64,000 nt of DNA from Escherichia phage ECML-606-1. The position numbers were made by a program, and so were the translations under genes. Numbering within the stretch: position 1 is the stretch's first letter; the number at the start of each line of letters is the position of its first letter. The notes beneath the pieces are model-generated. The model worked only from the letters and a program-made list of their open reading frames with translations. It was not told where the DNA came from and ran no database searches. The stretch lies in sequence record OL631484.1; one strand, written 5' to 3'. This document shows, piece by piece, positions 7,571 to 18,137 of the stretch.

Positions 7571-9751
7571 TTATTTTTTGCCTTCGAGCGCCTCGAGACG
7601 GCGGGACAGCACCTGAATCGCAGCCAATGCGTCCAGCAGCAGGGCGTTACTATCCAGCTCTTTCATTTCGAACGGGGCACCATTGGCGTTGGGGTAATGG
7701 CGAGTTTTCACATACAACGGATCGACAGTTTCCGCTTGCTGTGCAATGACGCCACGACGCAACCGATGCTGCTCATCATTGTTATAAATGAAGCTCTTGA
7801 ATACCAGATCTTCAATTTTCGCCAATGATTCTTCGGGTGCATAATCATTAATATCGTGCTTTGCCCGTTCATCCGACGTCGCATTTTTCGTGAAGGTATA
7901 CGTTTCAGTGCCATCATTACGCATGTACTGAATATCGAAGGATTCAGAAACGAACAGCGCGGATCGTGAAGGGACTGAAGAAGCCCCCGTATTTAGATTC
8001 CAATCCCAGGTATTCGCAATGACTGCAACCGGGTGTGTGGCGTCCCCGTTTTTGGGGCAAAGGGCACCAAAAGAAATAAATCCACGATAGCCACCCCCAG
8101 CGGTACCTCCGCCACCGCCGACAATCGGGGCATAGGCTGAATACCCTGCGGCATTCCAAAAATTACCGGCATTGAAGGCAACCGATGACGGGGAGGCGTC
8201 AGTCCCGGTGCCAGCTGGTCGGTTATTGATTCTCAGCATCCCGCCGCTAAACGACATGCCATTCCCACGGACGTAATTTCCCTGCGCATCATACAGCGCA
8301 GTATTGAAATTCATTTGTGGATTCTCGTCGCCCCAGCGATAAGTGGTAATAACGCTCGTAGCCGCACGCGTAACGCCAGCTACGGTGTAGTTAGACTCTA
8401 CCGTACCACCATGAGCGATAAATCCAGTTTGCGGCTCTGCCGCATCGGCATTGATGACCGAAAAGGACGTCCCCGCAGCGATAAAAGAACCGGAGGCGCG
8501 GATAATCCAGATGCCCAACGCCGCGTTGGGACGAATTTCGTTTGTTGCAAATCTCCCATATGCAGCGTTACTTTTTGATGCGTCGAGTGTCAGCGTGTTA
8601 GACGCAGCGGTTGCAGAAGATGGGGTAATAGCACCATAGGGGGCTGCCGCACCAGAAAAGAGCGCTGTACCCACGCCGTTGCCGGGGTTGAAAGCACCCG
8701 CGCCCGCTGTCGATACCCCGCCAGTGATGTTGGGGGCGGCGTTTTCAATAATGTTACCAACACCATTCCCGAACAAGCGCCCTGAACTCCGCAAAAACAG
8801 ACCTTGTGGCGTCCAGCGCTGAGCGGGGTCATTCCACTGACTGTTTAAATCTGGGATGCGGAAAGTGGTCGAGCCATCACCCGGAGAATACATTCCTCGG
8901 TTGTTCCACTCCGCTCCGGGAACACCGCTGTTTTGCCAAGCCGCATCACTTGCAGCGGAGACAAGGATCCCAGCGTTTACCGCCGCCCACAGATCCGCCG
9001 TACTTGGGTCGGTACGACTGGCCAGCTGACCATCGGCAGCAATATAGCCTGCCGGGAGTTTCGCACGCGAGCCATTAAACCATTCGACCGCACCGATGAA
9101 GTTATTCATCACGCCATTCATGGATGCCCCGCCAGCGCCGCCAGAAGCCGCACGTAGCTGTTTCAGGGTTACGGCGTCATAATCACCAGCGGCATCGCCG
9201 CCTAAGCGCAGAGGCCCGCTGAGCGCGTTTAATGAGGTAATGTCATTGTTCGCACCAGATGCAGCCAGCCCGGTGATCGCCCCGGTCTTCCCGTTGACGC
9301 TGGTCACGTTGGTGCTGGTCAGCTCACGCCAGTTGCTCAGTACGCTCGGCGGCATCTGGGTGAGGATGAAGGTTTTACCCAGATCCTCACGGATAGCGAT
9401 ATCGCCGCGCTCACATTGCAGGCCCAGCATTGAAGCCTCGTTAGGCACCGGGAAGGTATCGATCACAGCGATAGACGGCATCAGTGAGCCGTCAATTTTC
9501 CCATCCGGGCCAGTTTGCACTACCGTAGACGGCAGGTTAGCTTTATTCAGCTTGCCGTTTGCGTCCAGCTTGGCGATGACATCGGACAGCATATCATCGG
9601 CAATCTTCCCGGTTGTCTGGTCGCGCGTAACGACCAGCACATCCAGCAGGTTTAACGTGTCGCGCAGGCGCTCCACGTCATCTTGAAGGAAGTTGTCAGT
9701 GTACGGCAGTAAAAGCCCCAGACGGGGCGTTTTCTGGTCTACTAAAGCCAT
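7571..9751 (-). CDS. tail fiber protein A with C-terminal intramolecular chaperone (peptidase S74-like) domain
   Basis: N-terminal TPRLGL..PY anchor motif, GDYDAVTLKQL collar motif, Gly-rich beta regions, GIWIIRASG motif, C-terminal SDERAKHDI...LEALEGKK resembling the autocleaving S74 chaperone domain. Confidence 0.7.
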   Translation of the reverse strand: MALVDQKTPRLGLLLPYTDNFLQDDVERLRDTLNLLDVLVVTRDQTTGKIADDMLSDVIAKLDANGKLNKANLPSTVVQTGPDGKIDGSLMPSIAVIDTFPVPNEASMLGLQCERGDIAIREDLGKTFILTQMPPSVLSNWRELTSTNVTSVNGKTGAITGLAASGANNDITSLNALSGPLRLGGDAAGDYDAVTLKQLRAASGGAGGASMNGVMNNFIGAVEWFNGSRAKLPAGYIAADGQLASRTDPSTADLWAAVNAGILVSAASDAAWQNSGVPGAEWNNRGMYSPGDGSTTFRIPDLNSQWNDPAQRWTPQGLFLRSSGRLFGNGVGNIIENAAPNITGGVSTAGAGAFNPGNGVGTALFSGAAAPYGAITPSSATAASNTLTLDASKSNAAYGRFATNEIRPNAALGIWIIRASGSFIAAGTSFSVINADAAEPQTGFIAHGGTVESNYTVAGVTRAATSVITTYRWGDENPQMNFNTALYDAQGNYVRGNGMSFSGGMLRINNRPAGTGTDASPSSVAFNAGNFWNAAGYSAYAPIVGGGGGTAGGGYRGFISFGALCPKNGDATHPVAVIANTWDWNLNTGASSVPSRSALFVSESFDIQYMRNDGTETYTFTKNATSDERAKHDINDYAPEESLAKIEDLVFKSFIYNNDEQHRLRRGVIAQQAETVDPLYVKTRHYPNANGAPFEMKELDSNALLLDALAAIQVLSRRLEALEGKK

Positions 9752-9760
9752 TTTTTATCC

Positions 9761-11032
9761 TTATACCAGAGATACGCGGCAGTTAGGTACGTAGACGCGC
9801 TTGTTAGCGCCACCTTTGAGGATCACCTTCAAACGCACCGCAGCACCAGCGATCAGCTTGCCGTTGGTCGTTACACCAGCCGTGGTGTCGCCAGCCTTGA
9901 TCGTAAACTTGCGGTCTGTCATGTTGGCCTGATTCCCCGGTGTTGATCCGGTTTGCTCCAGCTTCGTCCAGACCATAGAGCTCGACGGGTTCTTGTCGAT
10001 AGCCAGATAGACCTCAATGGTAGCGTTGTTCGCATCTGCCGCAGTCAGGTACACCGTCGCTGTCATTGGGTTCTGAGGGTCGCCAGCAAAAGCACGGCTG
10101 ACGTATGAGCCCTCGGTGGCAATGGAGCCAGCGATAAGCTGCGATCCCGGATCCAGCAGTGCAGACGCATAGCCGTCAGGTGTCGAGCGCACGACCGCAG
10201 ACACTTTGATGTCTCCGGTGATCGCAGACGCGTTCTGGATAACCTGACCATCAGAAACGGTTTGCGTGGTTCCGTTCGGGAACTCCAGCAGAAAGTTAGC
10301 GTCGGCCCCGGTTGCAGGAACGGTCGAAAGCATAGACACAAGAAAATCGGTCGCGTTATTCACGGTCACAGTGCCAAGAGCCATGGTTTTCGATGCCTGT
10401 GTATATTTGCGGCACAGCAGGCGGAACGTCAGATCGCGGTCTTGGTGCGCCGTCCACGTTGAGGCGTTCGCAGAGCTCAGCAGCACGCCGACCTGATACG
10501 GCTGGCTGGAAACGTAGCCACCACCCGCGAGGTTAGGCTTGCCAAGCTCAGAGATACCCACAGCCATATCCGCATCGTTACAGAGCACTACCACCGCATA
10601 TTCGGTATTCGGCAGGCTGTAGAACGGCTCAGCGAATACCACGCGGTTATAAGCGCCCTCAACGATGTTAGCCGGATCCAGTCGGCCCTCCGCCAGAATG
10701 GTCGTGGTCGGGAAGCCTACCTGAGTGTCGCGCAGCTGGACGATCAGCGGGGTGCTGCCCTTCTTCGTCACCCAGATCTCAACCGCAGCCAGATGGCGTG
10801 CAGAGTCAGCGATAAAGGTCTGCGCCAGCGGATCGTAATACGCCTGCGAAACGTTGGTGACTTTGCGCATGTTGTTGGTAACGACAGTACCCTGCCCGGT
10901 AAACATCGCGTCGCCGTTGCCGCCCTGAGTGCCTTTAAATTGCACCAGTTTTGTCCCCGCCCTTACCTTGGGCGGGATTTTGAACTTGCCGCGCACTACG
11001 CCATTGGCATCGGCTTTTAATGAAGTTGGCAT
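9761..11032 (-). CDS. tail/baseplate structural protein (unknown function)
   Basis: 423-aa ORF inside tail module directly upstream of tail fiber A; Thr/Ser/Gly-rich beta-type composition. Confidence 0.4.
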   Translation of the reverse strand: MPTSLKADANGVVRGKFKIPPKVRAGTKLVQFKGTQGGNGDAMFTGQGTVVTNNMRKVTNVSQAYYDPLAQTFIADSARHLAAVEIWVTKKGSTPLIVQLRDTQVGFPTTTILAEGRLDPANIVEGAYNRVVFAEPFYSLPNTEYAVVVLCNDADMAVGISELGKPNLAGGGYVSSQPYQVGVLLSSANASTWTAHQDRDLTFRLLCRKYTQASKTMALGTVTVNNATDFLVSMLSTVPATGADANFLLEFPNGTTQTVSDGQVIQNASAITGDIKVSAVVRSTPDGYASALLDPGSQLIAGSIATEGSYVSRAFAGDPQNPMTATVYLTAADANNATIEVYLAIDKNPSSSMVWTKLEQTGSTPGNQANMTDRKFTIKAGDTTAGVTTNGKLIAGAAVRLKVILKGGANKRVYVPNCRVSLV

Positions 11033-11045
11033 TTAAAACTCCTTA

Positions 11046-13166
11046 TTACGGCGTCGGGTTGACAGAGATACTGTCAAAGAATACGGAATCCAGCGGCTCA
11101 TTCGGCGCAAAGCCAGTCAGGACAAAGGCCACGTCGATTTCTCGCAGGTACTCATCATCGCGGGTAGTCGTGCTCACCAGCTCAGTGGTGTCCATCGTAC
11201 CCGTGACCTGAGTCGCGCCGTGGATGCCCAGCTGGAATGACCACGGCGCGTACACTACCGTTGTGAAATAACGCGTTTCAGCGGATAGCCAGTTGGTCTC
11301 GGTGCGCACCCAGCGGTCGATTGACGGGTTGAGCGTGACCTGAGCCGGGAACGGCGCAAACGCCATGTACGGGTTAACTTTCATTTCCCCGGTACGCGCG
11401 GTGTTACTCAGCACGGTCTCGTACACAAAGTCACACGACAGCTGAGAGGTGATATCCGCGCTTGGCGTTGACACGTCAGTGACTGCCGGGCCAGCGATAG
11501 GCAGCTGTAATGCGCCTGACGCGATGGCGGCTGTCTGTGTGAACGATGGATCGCGGTTATCTTCCCCGGTCATCGGATCGACAAATACGCCTTTCTTCGC
11601 AGCACTCTCACGGGTGTTAACGTCCGTCAGCAGGTTCAGCTGGGCAATGAGGTCAGTCATGGTGTCCATGCGCTGATTCATGCCTTCCAGATCCGACATT
11701 GAGACCATGCGCACAGCGTCGCTGATCACATAGTCCTGATTATGTCCTGATCCCTGAGGGCCGGAATACCAGGTATGATAGACCTGAGCCAGTGCGAGGA
11801 CGTTGCTCGGTACCTGCGGATAAATTGGGTTGAAGTCAGACGCAACGCCGTTAATCCAGCTAAATTTTCCGGTCTCGTCGATAACCAGACGGTCAATACG
11901 TGGCAGCTTACTTTCGTAAGAAACCAGAATATCGGTACCTGCCACCGCGCCAGTGATCTGGAATGCGGTATCGGTGAAGCTGTCCGCTACAGCCAGACCA
12001 TCGGTGTAGGTGTAGATGGCGTGATATTTCTGGCCCACGGCTGGCTCTTTAGAGCCCGAACCACTCAGCGACCAGTCAATCTGGTCAGTGATGTCCTGCC
12101 CGGTGCTGGTTTTCGCGTACTGCCAGTCAGTACCCTTGATGTAGACCACTTCCGCAGGCGTACCGCCCGGCCCTGCTGGTACATAGACCTTGCTGATCGC
12201 TTTCGCGGTCGGCTGTCCAAGGTTGTCGATACCACCAGCCTGCTGTCCGCGCGTCAGCTCCTCATCGGTCTGGCGGGTGATCACCACTTTGGTGATGCGG
12301 TTGATAGGCGGACGGAACACGTCAACAGATTCGGTGCCACCGCCCTTGGCGTTGTGCGCCTCAGAGTCGATGACTTTCAGATCCGGCGTGAATGCCTGCA
12401 ACAGACGGCGTGCAGCTGGCAGCGCAATAGCGAAGCCATTAACACGGGCGCGGCCTGCGTCGATGTTGAATACGTACTTTTGCGAGCCCGGATCATCATC
12501 CATGCGGGAAACGCGCATACCGCTCACCACATAGTTGGAGCCGTTCGAGTCCACGTCATACTTGGCGATGGCCTGCGTAACGGCGTCGAGGTTCGGCGGC
12601 GGCTCTTTCGCACGCAGCTGACCGTCATCCACGTAGTAGATCGGGAAGAATTCGGCCCCGGTCGTGCCATCACCCTGCCAGCCCCACGTTGGGATAATTT
12701 GCAGACGCTCAGCGCCCGGCTCGTTATAACCACGCGTACCTGCTGCCGGGTCAAGCAGTGACGGGTCATCAGCGGAGGTAATGATCTTCTGAATCATCCA
12801 GACGCCGATAACCACTGTTCCGGTCTTCGAGATTGAGAAGCTGCCCGGCCCTACACCGCGCATCGCGCCAGCCAGATAAATCGCGCCTGACTCCAGCGTA
12901 ACTTTCGCCATGGTGGAGTTATTCGGGTCATCATCCAGAATGCAGCGTGCATCGCGGGAAATGTCGCCGTCCTTAAACAAGGAGTCAGCGATGCTTTTCA
13001 GTCGGGCCTGAGAAGCAGATACGATTTCGTTTGCCTCAGCGGACTGGAAGATGCGCCCGGCGACAAACATCGGTCGGTCGTAGTTCTTCCCGTCTTGCGA
13101 GCCATCTAAAATGCGGTCATAGAATCCGTCGAGTGGAATCGTGCCGCCAGTCACAGGGGTAGACAT
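11046..13166 (-). CDS. tail/baseplate structural protein (large, unknown function)
   Basis: 706-aa ORF in tail module; composition typical of virion beta-rich proteins. Confidence 0.4.
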   Translation of the reverse strand: MSTPVTGGTIPLDGFYDRILDGSQDGKNYDRPMFVAGRIFQSAEANEIVSASQARLKSIADSLFKDGDISRDARCILDDDPNNSTMAKVTLESGAIYLAGAMRGVGPGSFSISKTGTVVIGVWMIQKIITSADDPSLLDPAAGTRGYNEPGAERLQIIPTWGWQGDGTTGAEFFPIYYVDDGQLRAKEPPPNLDAVTQAIAKYDVDSNGSNYVVSGMRVSRMDDDPGSQKYVFNIDAGRARVNGFAIALPAARRLLQAFTPDLKVIDSEAHNAKGGGTESVDVFRPPINRITKVVITRQTDEELTRGQQAGGIDNLGQPTAKAISKVYVPAGPGGTPAEVVYIKGTDWQYAKTSTGQDITDQIDWSLSGSGSKEPAVGQKYHAIYTYTDGLAVADSFTDTAFQITGAVAGTDILVSYESKLPRIDRLVIDETGKFSWINGVASDFNPIYPQVPSNVLALAQVYHTWYSGPQGSGHNQDYVISDAVRMVSMSDLEGMNQRMDTMTDLIAQLNLLTDVNTRESAAKKGVFVDPMTGEDNRDPSFTQTAAIASGALQLPIAGPAVTDVSTPSADITSQLSCDFVYETVLSNTARTGEMKVNPYMAFAPFPAQVTLNPSIDRWVRTETNWLSAETRYFTTVVYAPWSFQLGIHGATQVTGTMDTTELVSTTTRDDEYLREIDVAFVLTGFAPNEPLDSVFFDSISVNPTP

Positions 13167-13177
13167 TCAGGCGCTCC

Positions 13178-13729
13178 TTAGAACTGGATAACGAATTCAA
13201 ACTGCTGACGGATAGTTTCGGCGCGAGTCAGTTTGTCGATGTACTCAAGCACCAGCAGCTGTCCCGGCGAGGAATACTCAGCCACAGCGTTAGGCGAGGC
13301 AGCAGCCATCAGATAATCCGGGAAATTCGGGTTATAGGCATTCTGCCCGGCAGGCTGAGCACCCAGCGGTACAGTGTTGATAAACACGCCCAGCTCACGA
13401 ATTACTGGGTTAGTGCTCGGCGCGTTCGGATCCACGGCTGCGTCTTTGAAGTCAAACGCAAAGCGCAGGTACAGGAATTTAGTCGGGTTCGTGGTGAATT
13501 CAAAACGGTTTCCCGGCACCACGATGGAGCCATTTGGATCCAGTACCACATAAGATTTTTGAGTTACCACGCGGCGACCGATTTCCTTCACCAGCCCGGT
13601 GGCAGATGCAGGTTCAGTCGGTCGGGAGGCATCCCATGACGGATCGCCAGAGCCCCACGCACAGTGAATGGTTTGGTTCATGATTGCGGTGGCCACTGCG
13701 GCGCGACCAGCTTCCACTAAAATTGCCAT
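13178..13729 (-). CDS. tail structural protein (unknown)
   Basis: 183-aa ORF with RBS GGAGGG; in baseplate region. Confidence 0.35.
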   Translation of the reverse strand: MAILVEAGRAAVATAIMNQTIHCAWGSGDPSWDASRPTEPASATGLVKEIGRRVVTQKSYVVLDPNGSIVVPGNRFEFTTNPTKFLYLRFAFDFKDAAVDPNAPSTNPVIRELGVFINTVPLGAQPAGQNAYNPNFPDYLMAAASPNAVAEYSSPGQLLVLEYIDKLTRAETIRQQFEFVIQF

Positions 13730-13773
13730 AAGTCCCTCCTGAGGATTGGCTCTAGATTAAAGTCACGACGCTG

Positions 13774-15168
13774 TTAAGGTGTCGGGTTAGTTGGGTCAGT
13801 CGGGTCGCTGCCGTATAACCAGTCATTACTGGTGTCCCAGTTGTCCGGGTCTTCCCATGTAGCGCCGCTGATTTTCGTGGCGTAAACCTTCGCCCCGGTG
13901 AGCATCCCACTGGCATTGAGGAAGAATTTATTTTCCTCTTTGTAGTGGTTGGAAAATACCATCCACTCATATGGCTTGCTCCATGTCTGGAAGCCGCGCC
14001 ATGTGCCTGCATCGCGCCATGTTTTCAGCGCTTCCGGGTAGGCTTGGGCAAACTTAACGTCCGAAGCACCCAGCCCACCCATCCACGCGGCTACTACATG
14101 GGCGTCCGCCGTGTAGCTGAGCAGATGGCTGTCTTTGCCCCATATGCGGCCCAGCAGGCGCTCTTTTGGCGTCAGCATGGATTGCATGGAGGTGATCGCG
14201 GCTTTGTAGTGCATAGCCAGCTCGACCGGAGTATCAAAGCGCATATCATCGAGTCGGTAATACTCGTTGAAGGCGATGAAGGCGATGCGCATATCCCAGA
14301 TACTCGTCCAGATCTCGCCTGCCAGCGGATCGTTGACGTAATAACGCATACGCGGCTCAGGTGTCATGATGTCAACGCCTGCGGCCTTGTTGCGCTGAAT
14401 AATCGGGATAATCTTCTCAGTCCAGTCCAGAGGCGGTATTGTCTGGTAGCTGACGGGCTTAATCAGGAAGTACCCGATTGAGTCCTTGTCATAGAAGCGG
14501 CTGGCGCTGTCAAAGCGACCATAGTCGAGGCGGAAAATGTCATTCCACGGCTCCTCAATGGTCACATCGTACCCGGTCAGCTCCTTGATCGTGTTCTCAA
14601 TGGCGATGGCGTTCACGCGGATGCGAAACGCCTCTTTGGGGATCAGGGCCTGATAGCCATTGTCGCTCATCCCATCCGGGCGAGTGATGCCGAACAGCTT
14701 CCCCCAGTAGGCCAGCCAGCTGCCTTCTGCCTGTGTGATGATCATCTGCCTGAGGGCTTGGGTCACGGCGGCGCGGGCATCCCGGATCATTGTGGCATAG
14801 GCACCCATGATCACATGCAGCTCATCGGCAAAACCCATAACCCATGACGGCGTAGCCTTCTGCACCAGCGTGCTCCCCTCTAGCATAATGCAGGCGCTGA
14901 GCGCTTTACTGTCAGTCTGGAGGTTGAAGATATCGAATCCATCCAAGGCCAGCTGTGCTGCCAGCTGCTCCACCGTCAGCGCGGTAAGGTCATACGTGTA
15001 ATCGTATGTGCCACCGGGGAGCAGGTTGATAATCAGTTTTTCTTCGGCAACGTTCAGGCGCAGGTCTGAGGTTTTGCGTGAAATAGCAAACAGCCGGACT
15101 TCCTCGGCGGAGGTATTGAATACGGCGCGGTGCAGGTTACTCAGGAGGCGCTTTAGCGTTGTTTTCAT
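13774..15168 (-). CDS. baseplate protein (unknown subtype)
   Basis: 464-aa ORF immediately downstream of and overlapping baseplate J-like gene. Confidence 0.4.
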   Translation of the reverse strand: MKTTLKRLLSNLHRAVFNTSAEEVRLFAISRKTSDLRLNVAEEKLIINLLPGGTYDYTYDLTALTVEQLAAQLALDGFDIFNLQTDSKALSACIMLEGSTLVQKATPSWVMGFADELHVIMGAYATMIRDARAAVTQALRQMIITQAEGSWLAYWGKLFGITRPDGMSDNGYQALIPKEAFRIRVNAIAIENTIKELTGYDVTIEEPWNDIFRLDYGRFDSASRFYDKDSIGYFLIKPVSYQTIPPLDWTEKIIPIIQRNKAAGVDIMTPEPRMRYYVNDPLAGEIWTSIWDMRIAFIAFNEYYRLDDMRFDTPVELAMHYKAAITSMQSMLTPKERLLGRIWGKDSHLLSYTADAHVVAAWMGGLGASDVKFAQAYPEALKTWRDAGTWRGFQTWSKPYEWMVFSNHYKEENKFFLNASGMLTGAKVYATKISGATWEDPDNWDTSNDWLYGSDPTDPTNPTP

Positions 15169-16295
15169 GGCAGCACGATCCCTAAGGTGGAGATAGTCAC
15201 CTGATCATCGGAGGAGGTCAGCACCTCATTCTGTCCACAGGTGATGTTGGCGCTCATGGAAACCGTGACTTTTTCAATGCCAGCCACCTGCAATGCCGCC
15301 GATTTCACATCGTCCGGTCGCAGAATTTCCCCGGCTTGTACAGATCCCAGCAGGCTGTAATAGGCATTGCGGATAGATTGCTTGATCGCTGGCGTCAGGG
15401 TGTAGCCAGACTGCATCCCAACGAGGAAGGTCATCGGTACGACTCGCGCCGACATCGCGCCGACATCGGTACGCACGCCAGCAGCTGAGTAACCGGGGAT
15501 CCTCTCTCCGGTCGTGGGATCCTGATACCCGGTAATAATTTCCTGAGCGCGGGCCAACAGTGCCGGGCTCGGAGCGCCAAGGTTAGACCAGATGTAAAGA
15601 TGGTTATAGCCAAGCGTGTAGTCATAGCCGCGTCGGGTGACGAATTCCACCATCACGCCATTGGAGTCCCTGATCACCGCCGTAGTCAGCGCGTACATCA
15701 GGGATTCGTAGGTGCCACGGGAAAGGGATGCAATGTACGACGCAAAGCGCACCATGCGATCCGCTTCGGTCTCCGCATCGCTGCCCCCGGTGATCTCCGT
15801 GTTGGAGATCGTGAAGTCTGCCGGGGCGAAGAAAGGCGAGGCGTTAATCTCACCTACGGCAGCATTACCCTTAAAGCCCGGTGATAATGCCTGCACAGGC
15901 ACACGGATAGTCGCCTCGGTAATGGGCCATGTCATTTCACCGCTCGACGCGTACTGGCGTCCATCCTTCGCCGTGAACACGGTGCCCTTTGGGATGGTAA
16001 TAGGCTGAGTTAGCGGCTTATTCGTGGTTACAGTGACGAGGCCGGACGCATAAGTAGCGCCCAGCAGGACGAAATTAAACGAGCGATAAGTGGCGACCGG
16101 GATCGCCTCCAGTAGCCCGTTAAACATTTGGATGTAGAGCTCCTCGACCTCTTGGGCGGGAGCCTCAATCAGCGTTCGGGAAACAGAGCCCGGCTGGAGG
16201 TCAGTAATTTTAACGGTCGTGCCGCGCACATAGTTGAGCGCCCCGGCGACGATACTGACAAAGTTTTTGATCTGAAACATGCGCAGGCCCACCAT
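15165..16295 (-). CDS. baseplate J-like protein
   Basis: Size (about 376 aa) and N-terminal region resemble baseplate J (gp47/gpJ) family; position between spike and fiber genes. Confidence 0.55.
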   Translation of the reverse strand: MVGLRMFQIKNFVSIVAGALNYVRGTTVKITDLQPGSVSRTLIEAPAQEVEELYIQMFNGLLEAIPVATYRSFNFVLLGATYASGLVTVTTNKPLTQPITIPKGTVFTAKDGRQYASSGEMTWPITEATIRVPVQALSPGFKGNAAVGEINASPFFAPADFTISNTEITGGSDAETEADRMVRFASYIASLSRGTYESLMYALTTAVIRDSNGVMVEFVTRRGYDYTLGYNHLYIWSNLGAPSPALLARAQEIITGYQDPTTGERIPGYSAAGVRTDVGAMSARVVPMTFLVGMQSGYTLTPAIKQSIRNAYYSLLGSVQAGEILRPDDVKSAALQVAGIEKVTVSMSANITCGQNEVLTSSDDQVTISTLGIVLP

Positions 16296-16331
16296 CAGCA
16301 GAATGCCGATAGTGTGCCATCACGACCAGCC

Positions 16332-16949
16332 TCAGACGTCCACCTTGAGGTCGATAGCTGCGCCAGCGATAGGCGTCAGGTCGGCGCTGATACTCATCGC
16401 ATCGCCGTTCTGGCTGGCGACCACGCTGTTAACCGAAGCCACGCGGTAATCAGCTTTCAGTGACGCTTTGACGTAGCCAGCGCCCAGAGTGGTTTTCGTC
16501 GGGCCAGTGACCACACCATGCAGGAGGTTCACCTTGCAGCCATATTCCGGGTGGCGATGAAGCTGCCCGGTCGGCGTGCGGATCCGGTGATTCAGCTGCT
16601 GAGTCAGGTTGTCGAGCCCTGCGCATACTGCGAGATCCCCATCCACGGCTTTCAGGCGACGGTTGACCATCAGACAATCGCGTTCGAACAGCTGATCGTA
16701 ATCGGTCTTGTCGGTGTACACGCCTGCGGGGGCCGGGACGCGGATCAGGGATCCATTCAGCAGCACGCCATCCTTCACGGCGGTAGGGTCATCCGTCAGA
16801 TACGGATAGGTCAGCGAATTGAGCCAGAGCAGCTCAGCCCAGCGATTTGCGTCGTTGAGCTCGCGTCGGGACACCGCTTGCAGGTCATCGCCGTATTGGG
16901 TCTGTACCAGCCGATAAGACGGCATCTGGCGTTCGAATTCATTAGCCAT
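16332..16949 (-). CDS. baseplate/tail protein with LysM-like segment
   Basis: YRLVQTQYGDDLQAVSRRELNDANRWAELLWLN resembles a LysM-like fold found in tail protein X/baseplate proteins. Confidence 0.35.
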   Translation of the reverse strand: MANEFERQMPSYRLVQTQYGDDLQAVSRRELNDANRWAELLWLNSLTYPYLTDDPTAVKDGVLLNGSLIRVPAPAGVYTDKTDYDQLFERDCLMVNRRLKAVDGDLAVCAGLDNLTQQLNHRIRTPTGQLHRHPEYGCKVNLLHGVVTGPTKTTLGAGYVKASLKADYRVASVNSVVASQNGDAMSISADLTPIAGAAIDLKVDV

Positions 16950-18126
16950 TGTAAGAGATCCCGTTATTAATCGTGGTCAGGTGGCGATTGAGCTCAGCCA
17001 CATCCTTTGGAGCCATTACCGGATCGTTGTTACCCAGCTCGGACACGGAAGCCGCTGCCGCACTGGACAGCTGTACCGGAGATTTCTGGTCATCCATCAT
17101 GGCAAAGGCGTTACTGTCCACATAGAGGCTGCGTGCGCTGCCGCCAGTCGTTGATGAGCAGTTTGACGCCCCGTACAGGCCATCGTAGTTGTCATAAGTT
17201 TTACGCGGCTTGAGGGAGTTTTTAAAGATACATACCACTTCCTGAAACGAGCCGGAAACACGCATAAACGCCTGTTTAACATCATCAGGGATATCCGCGA
17301 TGTTGGACAGCGTGCGGTTGAGGTTTACCCCGACGCGGGCCATATCGTGCGCGATGCCGATCAGGTCATTCGCGGTACCGTTGATGGCGTTCTGTCCGGT
17401 AGCGATAACGCTGTTTACCGTGTTGAAAATGCGGTTTGCGCTTTCGGTAAAGGCCCGGACGGTTGAGGCAAACGGCGCGATAGCGGCATTTTTCAGATCC
17501 ACCGCCTGCTTAATCCATCCCTCAATATCCTTTCCGTAGCCCTCAATGGTGCTTACCACGTCATTAAGCGCTTTCAGGCCGGAGAAGATAGAGCCGGAGA
17601 AAGGCAGGATCATCAGCGGATTATCAATGTCTGTATCGACACACTGGAGATTCATCGAATACTGGAACAGCAGCGGACGGGAGCGGGATCGGCGCAGCAC
17701 AAAGTTGGACGGCGAGACCACCCATGTAAAGTTGTTCAGCATATCCACGTACAGGAGTTTCACCTGACGGGGATCCTGCCCGTTGTCGATGGCCTGCTGT
17801 TTGGCCTGAGGGTACTGGTGCGCGATCAGCTGATTGAGGGTTTCAAACGCCTGAGCACCATCCTCGCCGGAGCCCTGCGCGGTTCTCCAGCCAGTATGCC
17901 CACTGATACTCAGTTTCGGGAGGCCCTCGCCAAACTGATCCTCCCAGCCCTGCACGCCACGACCCAGCGTCTGCGTAACGTTGGAGCGCAGTGGTTCCTC
18001 GCGCGTGAAGTCTTCCGGGCGCAGCTTGAGCGTTACCGGGGAATTGAGCCCGGACGGCGTTTGCAGCACGAAAGCAATTGGCTTTACGCCTGCTCGCTGG
18101 TCGGTTGGCCTGCTGCTTAGAAACAT
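16942..18126 (-). CDS. baseplate protein (unknown)
   Basis: 394-aa ORF between spike and LysM-like protein genes. Confidence 0.35.
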   Translation of the reverse strand: MFLSSRPTDQRAGVKPIAFVLQTPSGLNSPVTLKLRPEDFTREEPLRSNVTQTLGRGVQGWEDQFGEGLPKLSISGHTGWRTAQGSGEDGAQAFETLNQLIAHQYPQAKQQAIDNGQDPRQVKLLYVDMLNNFTWVVSPSNFVLRRSRSRPLLFQYSMNLQCVDTDIDNPLMILPFSGSIFSGLKALNDVVSTIEGYGKDIEGWIKQAVDLKNAAIAPFASTVRAFTESANRIFNTVNSVIATGQNAINGTANDLIGIAHDMARVGVNLNRTLSNIADIPDDVKQAFMRVSGSFQEVVCIFKNSLKPRKTYDNYDGLYGASNCSSTTGGSARSLYVDSNAFAMMDDQKSPVQLSSAAAASVSELGNNDPVMAPKDVAELNRHLTTINNGISYNG

Positions 18127-18137
18127 GGATTATCCCC

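Noticed and set aside
11775-12761. 328-aa plus-strand ORF inside the 706-aa tail protein gene
   Set aside because: Antisense overlap with structural gene, Arg-rich low-complexity translation, no start context
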